Shown: positions 1 to 12,600 of the stretch, piece after piece
How the letters are laid out: every line of letters begins with the position of its first letter
How positions within the stretch are numbered: the first letter of the stretch is position 1
From: Monocercomonoides exilis PA203
Lineage: Eukaryota; Protista; Preaxostyla
NCBI GenBank assembly: GCA_001643675.2
Contig: LSRY02000035.1
Coordinates: 186,001 to 250,000 of the forward strand
Direction: 5' to 3'
Length of the DNA stretch: 64,000 nt
Program-made: the position numbers and the translations under genes
The notes under the pieces: generated by a model
The model's database searches: none
Told to the model about the DNA's origin: nothing
What the model saw: only the letters and a program-made list of their open reading frames with translations

Positions 1-324
1 GACGGAGAAGCAGTGAGAGAAAAATTGAGGAGTTATGAAGAAGCCGATCCAAATCTGACAGGAACGTTTGAAAAAAAGTTGATTGAAGTTTGTTGTGAAT
101 GATTGTTATATTTGTAATGAGGAAATTTCTATTTTTCTTTCTTTCTTATTTTTTTTTTGTGAAATTAGTCGCTTTGCGAAGCTGTGGATGAGGCAGATGA
201 AGAGAAGTTTTCATCGGCTGTGGCCAATTATGACTCTGTACATCGTCTTGAACCCTGGAAAACGCAAATGCTTCTGCGTCTAAAGGATGATCTTCATAAA
301 GACGACGAAAATCCTGATTTGTAA
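1..324 (+). CDS. SEC17: Alpha-SNAP (soluble NSF attachment protein, Sec17 family), 3' end only; exons <1-87 and 169-324
   Basis: Splicing out the GT-AG intron 88-168 gives ...LRSYEEADPNLTGTFEKKLIESLCEAVDEADEEKFSSAVANYDSVHRLEPWKTQMLLRLKDDLHKDDENPDL*. This matches the alpha-SNAP C-terminus (human [20 protein letters not shown]...EEDLR). Not in the supplied ORF track. Confidence 0.9.
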
Positions 325-1675
325 AGCAATAAACACAAATATTTTAGTTATTTTTCAAGTTGATGAGCAACATGATTTGAAAATCAAAGTGGAGCAAATT
401 ATTACTATGCAAAGCATATACACTGCTTAAAATATGTTTTTGTTGAATTTTTCTTTTATTAAAGCTTTTGTTGATGAAAAATATTTTTTTTCTTTGAACT
501 CTTTGAGGTTGAAACTTAAATCATAATTTTCCTTTTCAAATTTTTATTTTTTCAATCAACAAAAGCACTTTTTGCTTTAAGTTGTACGTTATTATTTTTT
601 AAAAAAATTTTTTCTTCCCGTTTGTATTGCTATTTGTTGAAGATTTTAATATTTTCTTACATCTCACCCGAGGTCTTCCTATTTTTCTACACTCATTTTT
701 TTCACTTTTTGTACCTTTTGAGTTGATATTTTTGGTTTTAAAGTTAAAAACTTTATTCTTTTTTTCAAGTGCGAAATTATTATTTTAATATATAAATTTG
801 CGTGAACATTCCAAACGAACATGATTTATGTTGGCAAATAGAAGTTTTCTTTTCTTACTTTCTTTCTTTTGACAATAAAACAAAAGCAAACAACTTTGAT
901 CGGTATTTAAAAACACAACAAAGATCAAATCCTAAATTTCAAGCTTTTTTCGAGCAGGGTGAAAATTGGTATATTCTTGATAAACTTTTTGATCTCTTTT
1001 TCATTTTGAAAATTATCAAATTCTAATGTTTATTTATTATCATTGTAAATGCAGTAATTAACTGTTTTGTTGCATGAATTTGATGGAATTTATCAGAATG
1101 TTCAATGTAAAAGCCTTCTGCCTTTTCCCTCTTCATACTCCTGCATTTCTGTTTTCAAATGCACACAAAAAAACAGAAAAAGAAGAAGAATTGAAAAGAG
1201 TATTACACAAACAACTCACAGAAAGAGCAACAACTGAAACGAAGTGAGCGTTAACAAAAGAAAAGTGGAAGAGGGAGAAGAGGGAGAATTAAAGGCATAC
1301 AGTATTTGCAAAAAAATGAACATAGATGATATGTGAATGTGTGAGTGGGAGGACGAGAGTGCTGTCTAATGAAATGAAGAAGCCAAAGAAGAAGACGATG
1401 GAGAAGTGATAAATTGAAACGAATGAAGAATTCACATTTCATGTTGAATACGTTTCGCATCAAGTCAAAGAAATCATTTCAGAATACAATCATTTCTTTT
1501 CTCTTCTTTTCTCATCGATTTTTTCGTTTATTCGTTTTCTGCCATCAGACTCTTCTGTATCTCTGTTTTCATCAAATTCCATTCCTTTCCTTTCCTTTCT
1601 TCTTCCTCCTCCTCCTCCAATTTTCTTACTTTCTGAGATGAGATGAAATGAATGGAAATGAATTGAGCATTCAAG

Positions 1676-3192
1676 TCACAAACTCAAAAGATAGTCAGAT
1701 GAGTTTTTTGACAGATACAAATATTGATCCCAATTTGCCAAAACAGGCAACATTTTATGAAGGCTTGTAATGAAATCTTCATATCCCTCCTCTTCCATCT
1801 TTACAAATATGTTCCTTTTGGCTGGTTTTATTTCCTCTTCATCAGTTTTATCATCTTTTCTTTCCTTCAACTTTTGGCAAATTCCTCTGAAACAGGAAAG
1901 CCGCTCTCTCAAAAAGGTGTCATCCAAGTTTGGAAGCTGGATTTCCTCCAAAAGCACATCAACAGCTCCTCCTTTCAGCAAGTCGTCGACTTTCACTGCT
2001 TTGTTCCACGCTGCTCTTCTTAAAGATATGTTGCATTCCACACTTATTTCTCTGCATTCATTCTTTGCTGCTCGAAGCACTTGAACAATACTTCTGACAA
2101 GTCCAACAAGTTCGTCATTCAACGACTCAAATGTGAAAAAATAGCATTTTATTGTTTGAATCCATCTCATCAAAGCAGTCTCTTCTTTCTTTTTGCTTCT
2201 TTCTTCCCCTTCTTTTTTGTTTCCCTTCCAATTCACACGCTTTCTCAGCTCTTCCAACTCTCTTGCTGCTTCTCTCACAAAATGCAGTTCATCAACAACT
2301 GCCCTATTCGACGTTCCTATGGTATGCACTCTGCCCGCCAAACACTCCCAAGCTGATTGATATGCAAGTTGAGTCAGGTTTCGATGTTCCTGATGATGTT
2401 GGATGATTTCTTTGATCCCTTTCAAATACACCTCATTTTTCATTCCCTGATTGAAAGCAAGAAAGAAACAAAGACATCAAAAGGAAAGAAAGAAATGCAA
2501 CAAACAAAGAAGCACATGCAAGCCAAAGCCAGCAAAGCCATTTCCACTTCTTTCTGTGCTTCTTCGTTTTCTTCCTTGTTCAAAGCAGCTTTCAGAATAT
2601 GTGGCAAGCAAATTGAAGACAATTGTGATGGACCATGACAGCAAAGAAAAATATAGCATTCGCAAAGATCAATCAAATGCTTTTCATTTTTTTCTTTTTT
2701 CTTTTTTTCTTCCTCAAAAATCATCTCCTTAAATCTTCTGTCCAATGAAGATGAAACAAATGCTCTATTCCATAGGTTCATCGGGATTTTGCAATATCCA
2801 ATGTGCTTCAGCATCAAAGCCGAATCTTTCAAAGACATTTTCTTTTCTTCAATCATTTTATCTATTTTATTGAACAAATCAGTTTCGAAAATCGATTCCA
2901 GTTCGCCTTCATTCATTTCATCCATCACTCTGTTTATCGCTTTTATTTTCCGTTTCTGTTCATCCTCGTTGCAACCTCCAAGCTCCCCAAACAAATCTTC
3001 AAAAGGCGCGTTAATCATAGTAAATTGTGCCTTTTCAATAAAAAAGAAAACTGCAAACTCCAAAACCTTTCAACTGGTGATGTTCTTTCGATAATGCTTT
3101 CAAAAATGCTCGTTCTGTTTGAAATTCATTCAGCATACGCAAAATTCAACAGCAATTCAAACAATGAGATAACAGATAATCACAAACTTCAT
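1676..3192 (-). CDS. Uncharacterised ~440-aa alpha-helical protein, paralogue family copy 1
   Basis: Exons 3192-3188 (ATGAA), 3114-3059, 2996-2506 and 2446-1676 joined by GT-AG introns of 73, 62 and 59 nt give one open frame. It shares the motifs EL..CNEDEQK.KI, HRNLTQLAYQSAW and KMEEEGYED with copies 2 and 3. Confidence 0.8.
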
Positions 3193-3736
3193 TGTTTTTC
3201 TTGCAGAATGAAAATGCTATCCTTTCAATATTAATTATTACACTTTTCAAAAACAAACGTTCAATATGTGCGACAACAAAGCACACGGTCTTGGATGTAT
3301 CTGAGTAGAAAAGCTCTCCTTTTGTTTCTTTTTGATCAAACCAGCATCATATATCATTAAAGGAAAATAAAAACTATTTGTTTTTTCTTTTTTATTTCTC
3401 TTGGTGAATCGACTTCAACTTAATTCGCGGAAATGGACAATGATTGGATAGAAAATGAAAACAAATAATGACAAAGAGAAAAAAATGAATTCTTTTTTGC
3501 GAGGCATTTCAGGAAAAAAACAAAAAAGAACATGATGTTTTCCCATTCGAAGTGTTTTATTTATTTATTTATTTATTAGTTTTTCATTCTCATTTGAAAG
3601 CTATTCGAAAAAGCTCAACGAATTATTTGAGGTTTTGAAAACGAAAAAATGAAAAAATGAAATAGACAAATTGTCAAGATGGAATAACAGAAAAAAAGCA
3701 TGAGAGAGATCGTGTGAAAGAAGGAAAGGAAACATT

Positions 3737-5000
3737 CACTCGAAATGCGGAAGATCAATGCTGTGCGCTTCATCCACGAAAATGACATTATTTATCAAGA
3801 AATCGTTTATGCAAAGATTGTTTGCAAATCCCTTCGAAAGAAGTGAAGCAACATAATTCAACACTTTTTCAAAGTCGTTTCATGAAGAGATGCCCTCACA
3901 TTCATATGCTGTCATGCCGAACATCCTTGGCATCAAAAGTCACTTTGCTTCAGCTGACAGGAAATAACATTCGGAAGATGGAGAAGATGAATGTTTTTAT
4001 GAAATGAATGAAGGAAACATGCAAACTATTATTTGATCTTTCAGTTACCAACAGAAACGGCGCGACTTACAAGGAAAAAACAAACGCAATAATTCAACTT
4101 CCTTCCCATCAGAATGAAGGGAGTGACAGGCTTTCTGATTCCACCTCCTTGAATTCTTCTTTCTCTTTCCTTTTCTCTTCATTCTCTCAAAATGCATTTC
4201 TTCAACTCTTTCCAACATATTCCTCCTGATTTCCCTTCTTTAGTTCTTCTTCGTTTCATTCATTTTTGTGTCGATTTTCTTCAAATATTAATTCCATTTT
4301 TTTCTTCTCTTCTCTTCAATCGTAATCTCTGATGCAGGCACAAAACATGAAGAACTCCAAATAAATGATGCGAGTGATGCTGTGTTGGTGGCGATTGTGC
4401 GATGTGATGATGATTAATTGGGACAAGATGAAGACGAAGATTGCGTTAATAATAATAATAATAATAATAACCAGATTGGACATGCAACATTCACAGAAGG
4501 GGTGGAAAACAAATAAAGAACTGGAAAGATAGCAGAGGAAATTCATTCTGTTTTCGTGTCTGGCAGAGAAAGCTGAATCAATTCAACATAAAATCTGCTC
4601 CAAGTTCTGTGAAAATTGTGTTCTTTGTAGAATGCATCGACCGTTGAAGGAGAAGTCATTATGGAAACTCGCTTAGCGAAGATGAAGATGAAGCTGAAGA
4701 TGAAGCTGAAGATGAAGATGAAGCTGAAGATGCAGATGAAGGTGCAGAAGACAAAGGAATGTTGAGTATTCGATGGCTCACAAAGAAACAAGAAAATATC
4801 TTTTCATGTTGGAACACGCAAAATCTGGGGATCTTCATCTTTCTGTTGGAGATGATCATCATTGCTTTTCTTCAAATACTCCATTTCCAAATCCAATGAA
4901 CTATTTTCGCAATGAAACAACTTTGCTGCAATATTCATCCTTTCTGCTTGTTTTTGCTCATGCACAATTGCAAAGAATGGAATATTATTTTGTTCTGCAA
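3737..5000 (-). pseudogene. Possible degenerate gene relic of unknown origin
   Basis: Coding-like fragments are broken by stops and frame changes. They include a poly-Ser/Ala tract (~4680-4750) and the peptide FEKVLNYVASLLSKGFANNLCINDFLINNVIFVDEAHSIDLPHFE* (~3873-3737). No consistent spliced ORF was found. Confidence 0.3.
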
Positions 5001-5561
5001 ATTCATTTTGTTTTTCAGAAACTCATTTCTTTGAATCTTTGGCAATCCTATGAGTCATTTTGAAACAGATGCAAACATTTAGCAATTCATGAAAAATGAC
5101 AAGAAGGCTTGTATCATGAGTTCACTTTTTCATTCATGTTCTTCTTCCCAAAAAAAGCCACAAAACACTTTCTCTTCAAGAATTGATATTTCCTCTTTTC
5201 GAATTCTCTTCCATTAAATTTCCATTCCTATTATAAATAAATTTTGTTTCAAAGTCTCGAAGCAATGACTTCAGGAAAGAAGAGCTCCTCGCTTCATTTT
5301 GTTAAATAATTCGCATTCAAACAATTTTTTGTTAGTAAGATCAAATCGAATCAAAAGATTCACTTTTCTTGCTTAAACAGCCAATCCAAGACATTTCGTT
5401 GCGCTCTCTTTTGCATTCCATTTTGTAAGGCAAAAGCACTTGTGTCGAAACTCCTATCTGTTTTATTTTTTCTTGATTTTCAACGATGTTTGTATTTTTC
5501 TTTGATATTCTTGCTTGCCAAGCTTTACCCTTCGTTTTGAACATTCTTTGCAACAAACAGA

Positions 5562-7004
5562 ATGGGCTTGCTTAATGATGATGAACCTGATACAAGAATC
5601 CTGGCAGTGATTCAAACCAAGAAGTTTTCAAGTTTGCTCTTTTATTTGGATAGAATAATGAAGGATGGATTTTAATATTTGAATGCCTTTTGCAGAATTG
5701 CTCCATGAGCTGGAAATTTGCAATGAGGATGAACAAAAACAGAAAATTGAAGAAATGAATAAAATAATTGATGGAATGAATGCTGATGAATTGCTTTCTA
5801 TTTTCAACGAAGAAATGTTCAACAAAATTCACGAAAGGATTGAAGAAAAGAAACTGACTTTGGAGAATGCCATTCTGTTGTTGAAATATGTTGGGTTTAG
5901 AAAAACCCTGAGAGACGTATATGATCATCATTTTAGATATTCATCTTTGAACAAAAGAATTGAAAAGATGATAATTGATGAAAATGAGAAAAAAGATGGA
6001 AAGAACGAAATGCTTTATGCTGATCTTTGTTTATGCTATCTTTCACTCAGAAACAACTGCTGGACGGAATTGCTCACAATCTGTGTGCAGTGTCTTCTGA
6101 AAGTTGCATTGAAGAAAGAGGAAAACGAAGAGATTCAAAAAGAGGTGGAAATTGCTTTGCTTGCATTGAGCAACATCAAATATACGGTAGGAGTATTCTA
6201 TTTTATTTTTGAGGTTTTTTTAAATTTCTTTCTCTGTTTTATTAGTTCCTGAAACAAGAGCTTTTCCTAGATGAAGTCAAAGAGATCATACTTTATCATC
6301 AAGAGTGTAGCAATATGACACAGCTTGCATATCAATCGGCTTGGCAGTTTTTGATTTACCGACTTTGGGCTGACAATAGCTTGGAAGAAGTTATTGTAAA
6401 TGAGCTACATTTTCTGAGAGAGGCAACAAGAGAACCGGAAAAGCTGATGAGATGCATTGATTGGAAGAGAAAAGAAGGAGGAGAAAAAGAAGGCAAAGAA
6501 GAGATAATAATATCGAAATGGCTCCAAACTTTGGGGAAATTCCTTTTCTACTGTCGATTGCGGAATGAAGAGTATTCTGTGCTTGTCGAAAGCATTGTGC
6601 AGGCATTTCGAGCAGCAAAGGATAATTACAGAGACATTGTCAGCCAATGCGTTGAATCATTTAGTTATTCTGTGAATAACAGAAATGTGAAAGTTGAAGA
6701 CTTTCTGAAAAGAGGAGCTGTTAGTCTCATCTTCGAAGAGATTTGTCGACCAACATTGAATGACGAAATAATATCTGAAAGCTTGCTGTTCTTAATGAAT
6801 GTTTCAGAGAAATTGAAAGAAGAGGAGGAGGATGAAAAGGAAAGAGCGAAAAGAAAAGGACTGAAAAGGAAGGCATTTGAAAAGATGGAAGAAGAAGGAT
6901 ATGAAGATATCATCATTTGCTTTCATGAAAGATTTGACTTTCTTAACAGAGGCCGTTTTGGTGTATTATCGCTGTGTATTTCTGATTATTTTGTGAATGT
7001 TTAA
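5562..7004 (+). CDS. Uncharacterised ~439-aa alpha-helical protein, paralogue family copy 2
   Basis: Exons 5562-5631, 5696-6186 and 6246-7004 (introns 64 and 59 nt at the same positions as copy 1). A probable 73-nt 5'UTR intron lies at 5488-5560. Motifs MTQLAYQSAW and KMEEEGYED are present. Confidence 0.82.
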
Positions 7005-7467
7005 TCAAATGAAAAGCTCTTCATCTTTCATCTCACTAACTTTCTTATTTTTTAACATTTCATATTTTCACAAGTTTCTCTTTCAGTTGTGATCAAATTT
7101 TAATTGAAAATTCCTCTTTATCGATGAATTATTGTTTTCAAAAAGAAAGTTTTTTGTCTTGGTTCACAAATATGGCTATTAAAAGGCTTCAAGTGTTTGA
7201 AGAAAAATTCAAAACTCCTCAACAAAAGATTTTGCATAGAGCCCACAACAATTTGGTGAAGTGAAATGGCTTCAACAAGAAGCAAATGAATTCTTCAATT
7301 GGGAAGGAAAAATAAATTAAAAAAATAAAAACAAATTTTTTTCCCCTCTCTCTCAACAAGAAGAGAACTTTTGCTAACAACAAAATAAAATACAATATAC
7401 TTTGTTCTCAACAGTTCTGAAAAATAACAAAGCATTTCAAAAGACAAAACAGAAAATGTCATTTCGC

Positions 7468-8929
7468 TCACAAAAACACAAAAAATTTTGATGTTTCCCC
7501 AGACATAATGTTCCAATGGATTCTGGTATTATACAAGTTTTCTTCAAAGCTCGTAATGCATTCTTCGAATCCTCGTTCTTCCAATATGTCAAATGCTTTT
7601 CTTTTTATAGCTTTTCTTTTCGCTTCGACTGTCTCATAATCGCTTTTCTCTCTCAATCCATCTGAAAGAGTCACAAAGAAATGCAAACAGCTTTCTGCCT
7701 CTTCTTCATCCAATGTTGACAGCAGAAGTGTCTCAAAAACTGCCTCAACTATTTCGCTTTTCAGCAAGAAATCAATGCTCGCATTTGAGCCTGATGTTTT
7801 TGATTCAAAAAGTTTGATGCAATCTTTTGATATTTCTCTTTCATTCTTTCCTGCCAATTTGCAAATTCTCGAAATCCAGCGATAAAGTTCGATGCTTTCA
7901 TCATTCCGCAATTCGAAGTCCAAAAACCCAAATTTGTCATTGACTGTATTTATCCATCTCTTTATCATCCACGCTTCCTTCTGCACTTCCCACTTTGCTT
8001 TTTTCTTCTTCCAGTCCACGCATTTGGTCAGCTCTTCCAGTTCCATTGCAACTTCTCTCGCAATATGCAGCTCATTCATGCAAGTTCTTTCCAATATCCC
8101 GCCTGGTTCAAAATGATTAACCAGATAAATCCAAGCTGATTGGTGCGCCAGTTGAGTCAGATTTCGATGCTGCTGATGATATTTGATCACTTCCACCATC
8201 TCATTCACACACAGATCTGTTATTGCATTCTGTCAATGATTGAAATACAGAAAAAAAAAATTAATTTTTATCAACACATAAATAAAAGCTTTCACACCTG
8301 TTTCTCTTCCATTGTGCTCAAAGCAGTCAGAATTATTTCGATTTCTCTTTGCGCTTCTTTGCTTTTTATTTTCCTCAATACAACATTCATAAGAAAAGGA
8401 ATGATAATCAGACGTAACTCAATTGAAACGCTGTCTTTCTCTCTTCGCAGGAGTATATAGCATTTGCAAAGATCAAACAGCAGGTTTTCATCCCTCTCCC
8501 TCTTCATCGCTTCTGTTTCAATCATGTTCTCAAATCTTTTTGCCAACAAAGAATCACAAAATCTTGAGTATGATACTGAATACGCTATTCTACAGTGTCC
8601 AATGTGACTTAATAGCGCAAATGCATTTGCCAATGTTAATTTATTTTTTCCGATCATTTTGCTGATTTCGTCAAATTCTTTTTCTGTCAAAAAATAAATC
8701 AATTCTAATCCATTCATTTCGTTTAAAACTTCAATCATCTCATCTATTTTTCGCTTCTGCTCGTCGCCAGCGAAATTTCCCAGCTCAGAAAGCAATCCTG
8801 CAAATTTAATGAATTTCCGAACCAAATATTACATAAAAACTTTCAAGAGAACCAAAACAAACTTGAAAACTTTCCTCTTCGGAATTGCTTTTGAATTTCA
8901 TAATCAGCTTCACTTGTTATCTTCATCAT
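7468..8929 (-). CDS. Uncharacterised ~442-aa alpha-helical protein, paralogue family copy 3 (more divergent)
   Basis: Exons 8929-8863, 8797-8298 and 8229-7468 (introns 65 and 68 nt at homologous positions). Motifs HRNLTQLAHQSAW and LEERGFEE are present. Confidence 0.78.
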
Positions 8930-9650
8930 ATACAATGGTCTATGGAAAGCAATAAAATTCAACATACAAATGAAATAATCGAATAATACAAACATCTTTG
9001 TTTTCAAACAAGTGCAGCGAGAATGTTTATAAATCAAACAGTTTCATTCAATAAATATTTACTATTACAAGAAAAATCTCGGATACAGACCGTTCGATTT
9101 GTCTAACTTGAAAGATCAAGAAAATCCTTTTGCTCTTTATAGTGATCAATCCTATTAAAAAAATTATTTTTTCCTTAAAGAAAAAAGTTTGGGTACTTAA
9201 TATATTCCCCATTAAAATTTAAAACTATTGTCATATTTCAATAATTTTTCTGTATATTAATTGGATAATAAAAAACAAATTTCGTTATCAATTTGTTGCA
9301 AATAAAGAGTGGCATAAATCGTTATTTTTTTCTCGAATGTGTGATTCAGGAACAAATAAGTTAATCACATTTTTAAAAAAACATATCAATGGACATATGT
9401 GTAAATTGGGAATGAGAAAACTTTTTTTTTATTGTGATTCATTTTTGTAAATTCAAAGTGAAATTTGCCCTCGAAAAATACTTCGATTTCTGTTTTTTAA
9501 CTGACTTTGTTTCTGTTAATTTTATTCAAGAAAATATTATTATAATAATTTTTCTCTTTTCATTATTTGTTGTTTTCAAGCCTGAATGACAAATTGTTTT
9601 GTGATTGAATGTTGCTCATTTCTTCAGTTTATTATTTCAAACTTATTTTT

Positions 9651-12600
9651 ATGGTTGATATCGATCAATTCAAAGAAGTTTTAATGTCAGATTTTGACGG
9701 AAGTGAAGAGCATGAAACATTTGCGGATGTAAACGCACAAAGTGATTCTAACAAAGCGTTTTTGGAAGAGGTACATTTTATGTGAAATCAAAATTTTATA
9801 ACATTTGTTTCAACACGATTAATATATTAATTATTGACTGGTTTTCAGGCAGTGGCAAAATTTGAAGAATTGAGATCGTCATACGCTAATAATTCCATCA
9901 CTTCGAAAATGTATTTCACTGGGCTTCACAATCTAAGATATTCAGTTGAGGAGTTTATAGAAAATCTCAGACAACAGATCATTGCTGCAAAAGATAATAT
10001 TAAAAATATTGAGGATGATTCAATGAAAGCTGTTCAAAGTGAACTTGGAGGAGAAAATTACCAGCGGGCAACAGAAGCCGAAGAAGAAAAAGTATATCCA
10101 GAAAATGAGCATTGCAAGGCTGTAGACATTCTTGTGTGTTAACTTAATGGTTGGTGTTATATTGAATTAATTTTTGTATATTTTTTTAAGGAAAATTGGA
10201 TGAGGGCTTCTCAGCAAATTCTTGCTTCTCTGGAACAACACATTGAAAGTCAAATGAAAATTTGCACAGTTTGAAATTTAATACATTTTTGTTTATATGA
10301 ATTTTTGTTAATCATAAGGTTGAGGGCGCTGAGTTCAATAAAAGTTTGAGCGATGAAAACTTGATTATAAAGGATAAAACACTCAGCGAAGCAAACACTA
10401 AGCAAAATGAGCAGAATAGCGTTTTAATAATGAAAGAAGGTTTAAAGGCAGATGACAACACGAAAACGGACTTTCCAGAGAGAAATGAGGAGATTACTGG
10501 GGATGAATCCAGGGAAATAGAAAGGAATTTTGACAAAGGAAATAATATTTCAATAAGTGAAGATAGGAGAAGTGAAGATGAAGAAATGAAATTAAGAGAG
10601 GGAGCGCAGAGAACTGAGAACTACACAGAAGAAGGAAATAATGATGAATCAGAGGGAGAAATGGATAATGTTAATTTGAAAGCATCAAGTGATGAAGAAG
10701 AGGAAAAGAAACGAGAAGAAGAAGAGGAAGAAGAGGAAGAAGAAGAAGAGGAGGAGGAGGAGGAAGAAGAAGAAGAAGAAGAAGATAAAGAAATTGAAAA
10801 GGAAGAAATTGAAGAGAAAGAGGAAGAGAAAGAAGATAATAACGAAGAAAAGAAAGTGAACGAAAAATATAATCAGGAGGAGAAAGAGGAGGAGAAAGAG
10901 GAGGGGAAAGAGGAGGGGAAAGAGGAGGGGAAAGAGGAGGATAAAGAAGGCAAAAAAGATGAAGAATCCAAAAGAGAAGGAGAAGAGGGAGAAGGAGAAG
11001 AAGGAGAAGGAGAAGGAGGAGATGATGATGAATTGAAAAACAAAGGCATTTTATTGGCAGATGCAGATGAACATGCTGTTGAGAAGAAAGAAGAGAGAAG
11101 CAATGAAAAAACATCAAATGAAAGAAATGATGAAACAGAGGAAAAGGAAAAGAAAGAAGAGAAAGAGGAAGGAAAGAAAGAGGAAGAAGAGGAAGAAGAG
11201 GAAGAAAGAGAAGATGAAGAGGAAGAAAACGAAAAGATTCAAAATATGGAAGATTTGAATCACAAAGAAGAAGAAAAAGAAAAAGAAGTGGACAAAGAAG
11301 AAAGAGAAGAAGAAAGAGAAGAAGAAAGAGAAGAGAATGAGAAGGAAAGAAAAAGAATGGAGGAAGAAGAGTTCAAAAAGAAGGAGGAGGAGGAGGAAGA
11401 GAGGAAAAGGAAAGGAGAAAGAGAAGGAGGAGAAGAAAAGGAAGAAAAGGAAGAGAAGGAAGAAAAGGAAGAGAAGGAAGAAAAGGAAGAGAAGGAAGAG
11501 AAGGAAGAGAAGGAAGAGAAGGAAGAGAAGGAAGAGAAGGAAGAAGATGACAATAGTAATAATAATAATTATGAAGATAAAGAAGTTCTTGGGAATAAAA
11601 TTTCATCAATGAATGAAGAAAGGGAAAAGGAAGAAGAGGAAAAGATAGAAGAGGAAAAGGATGAAGAAGAAAGGAAAAATGAAAAGTTGTGTTATTCTGA
11701 AGCACAATTGAAAGGAATAGAAGAAAGTGAAGAAAGAGAAGAAAGAGAAGAAAGATGTAGAAGGGATGAAGTGGTTGCAGAGGAAGAAGAAGTGGAAGAA
11801 GAGGGAAAAGAAGAAAAAGAAGAAAAAGAAGAAAAGAAAGTGAAGAACGAAAAGGAAGAAGAAGAAGATGATGATGATGAAGTCAACGAAAAAGAAAAAG
11901 AAATTTGTGAAGAGAAAGAAGAAAAAGAAAAAGAGGAAGGAGAAGAAGTTAAAGAAAGAGAAAAAGAAAGAGAAAAAGAAAGAGAAAAAGAAAGAGAAAA
12001 AGAAAGAGAAAAAGAAAGAGAAAGAGAAAGAGAAAGAGAAAAGGAAAAAGAAGAAAAAGAAGAAAGAGAAAAAGAAAAAGAAAGATTTCATTATGAAGAG
12101 GTTGAAGCAGAGGAGGAAGAGAAATGTGTTGAAGAAGGAAAAGATGAACAAAGAGAAAGTTTTTCTTCGAATGAAGAAGAATTCAACGAAGACACGGATC
12201 AATTGCAACAATCAAAGAATGCTTCATCCATAACATCATCAGCAGCAGCATCTTCTTCATCATTATCTCCATCACCTTCTTCTGCTTCTGCTTCTGCTTC
12301 TGCTTCTGCTTCTGCTTCTGCTTCTGCTTCTGCTTCATCTTCCTCTTCCTCCTCTCCTTCCTCTCCTTCGTCTTCCTCTTCGTCTTCCTCTTCTCTTTCT
12401 TCTCTTTCTTCTTCTTCTTCTTCATCTTCTTCCTCTTCCTCTTCCTCTCCTTCTGAAGTGACTCCTTTGTCCCACACTCCTGTTCTTGTCTCTTCCTCTT
12501 CCACTTTCCTGCCAACTTCTTTGTCTTCCCCAAAAACTTCTCCTTTTCATCATTTTGACTCATCAGCTGAGGAAGAAGAAGAAAGTGAAGAAAGAGAAGA

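Noticed and set aside
8829-8834. In-frame ATG-TAA upstream of paralogue copy 3, suggesting a pseudogene or TAA recoding
   Set aside because: It lies inside the 65-nt intron 8798-8862; the spliced gene is intact.
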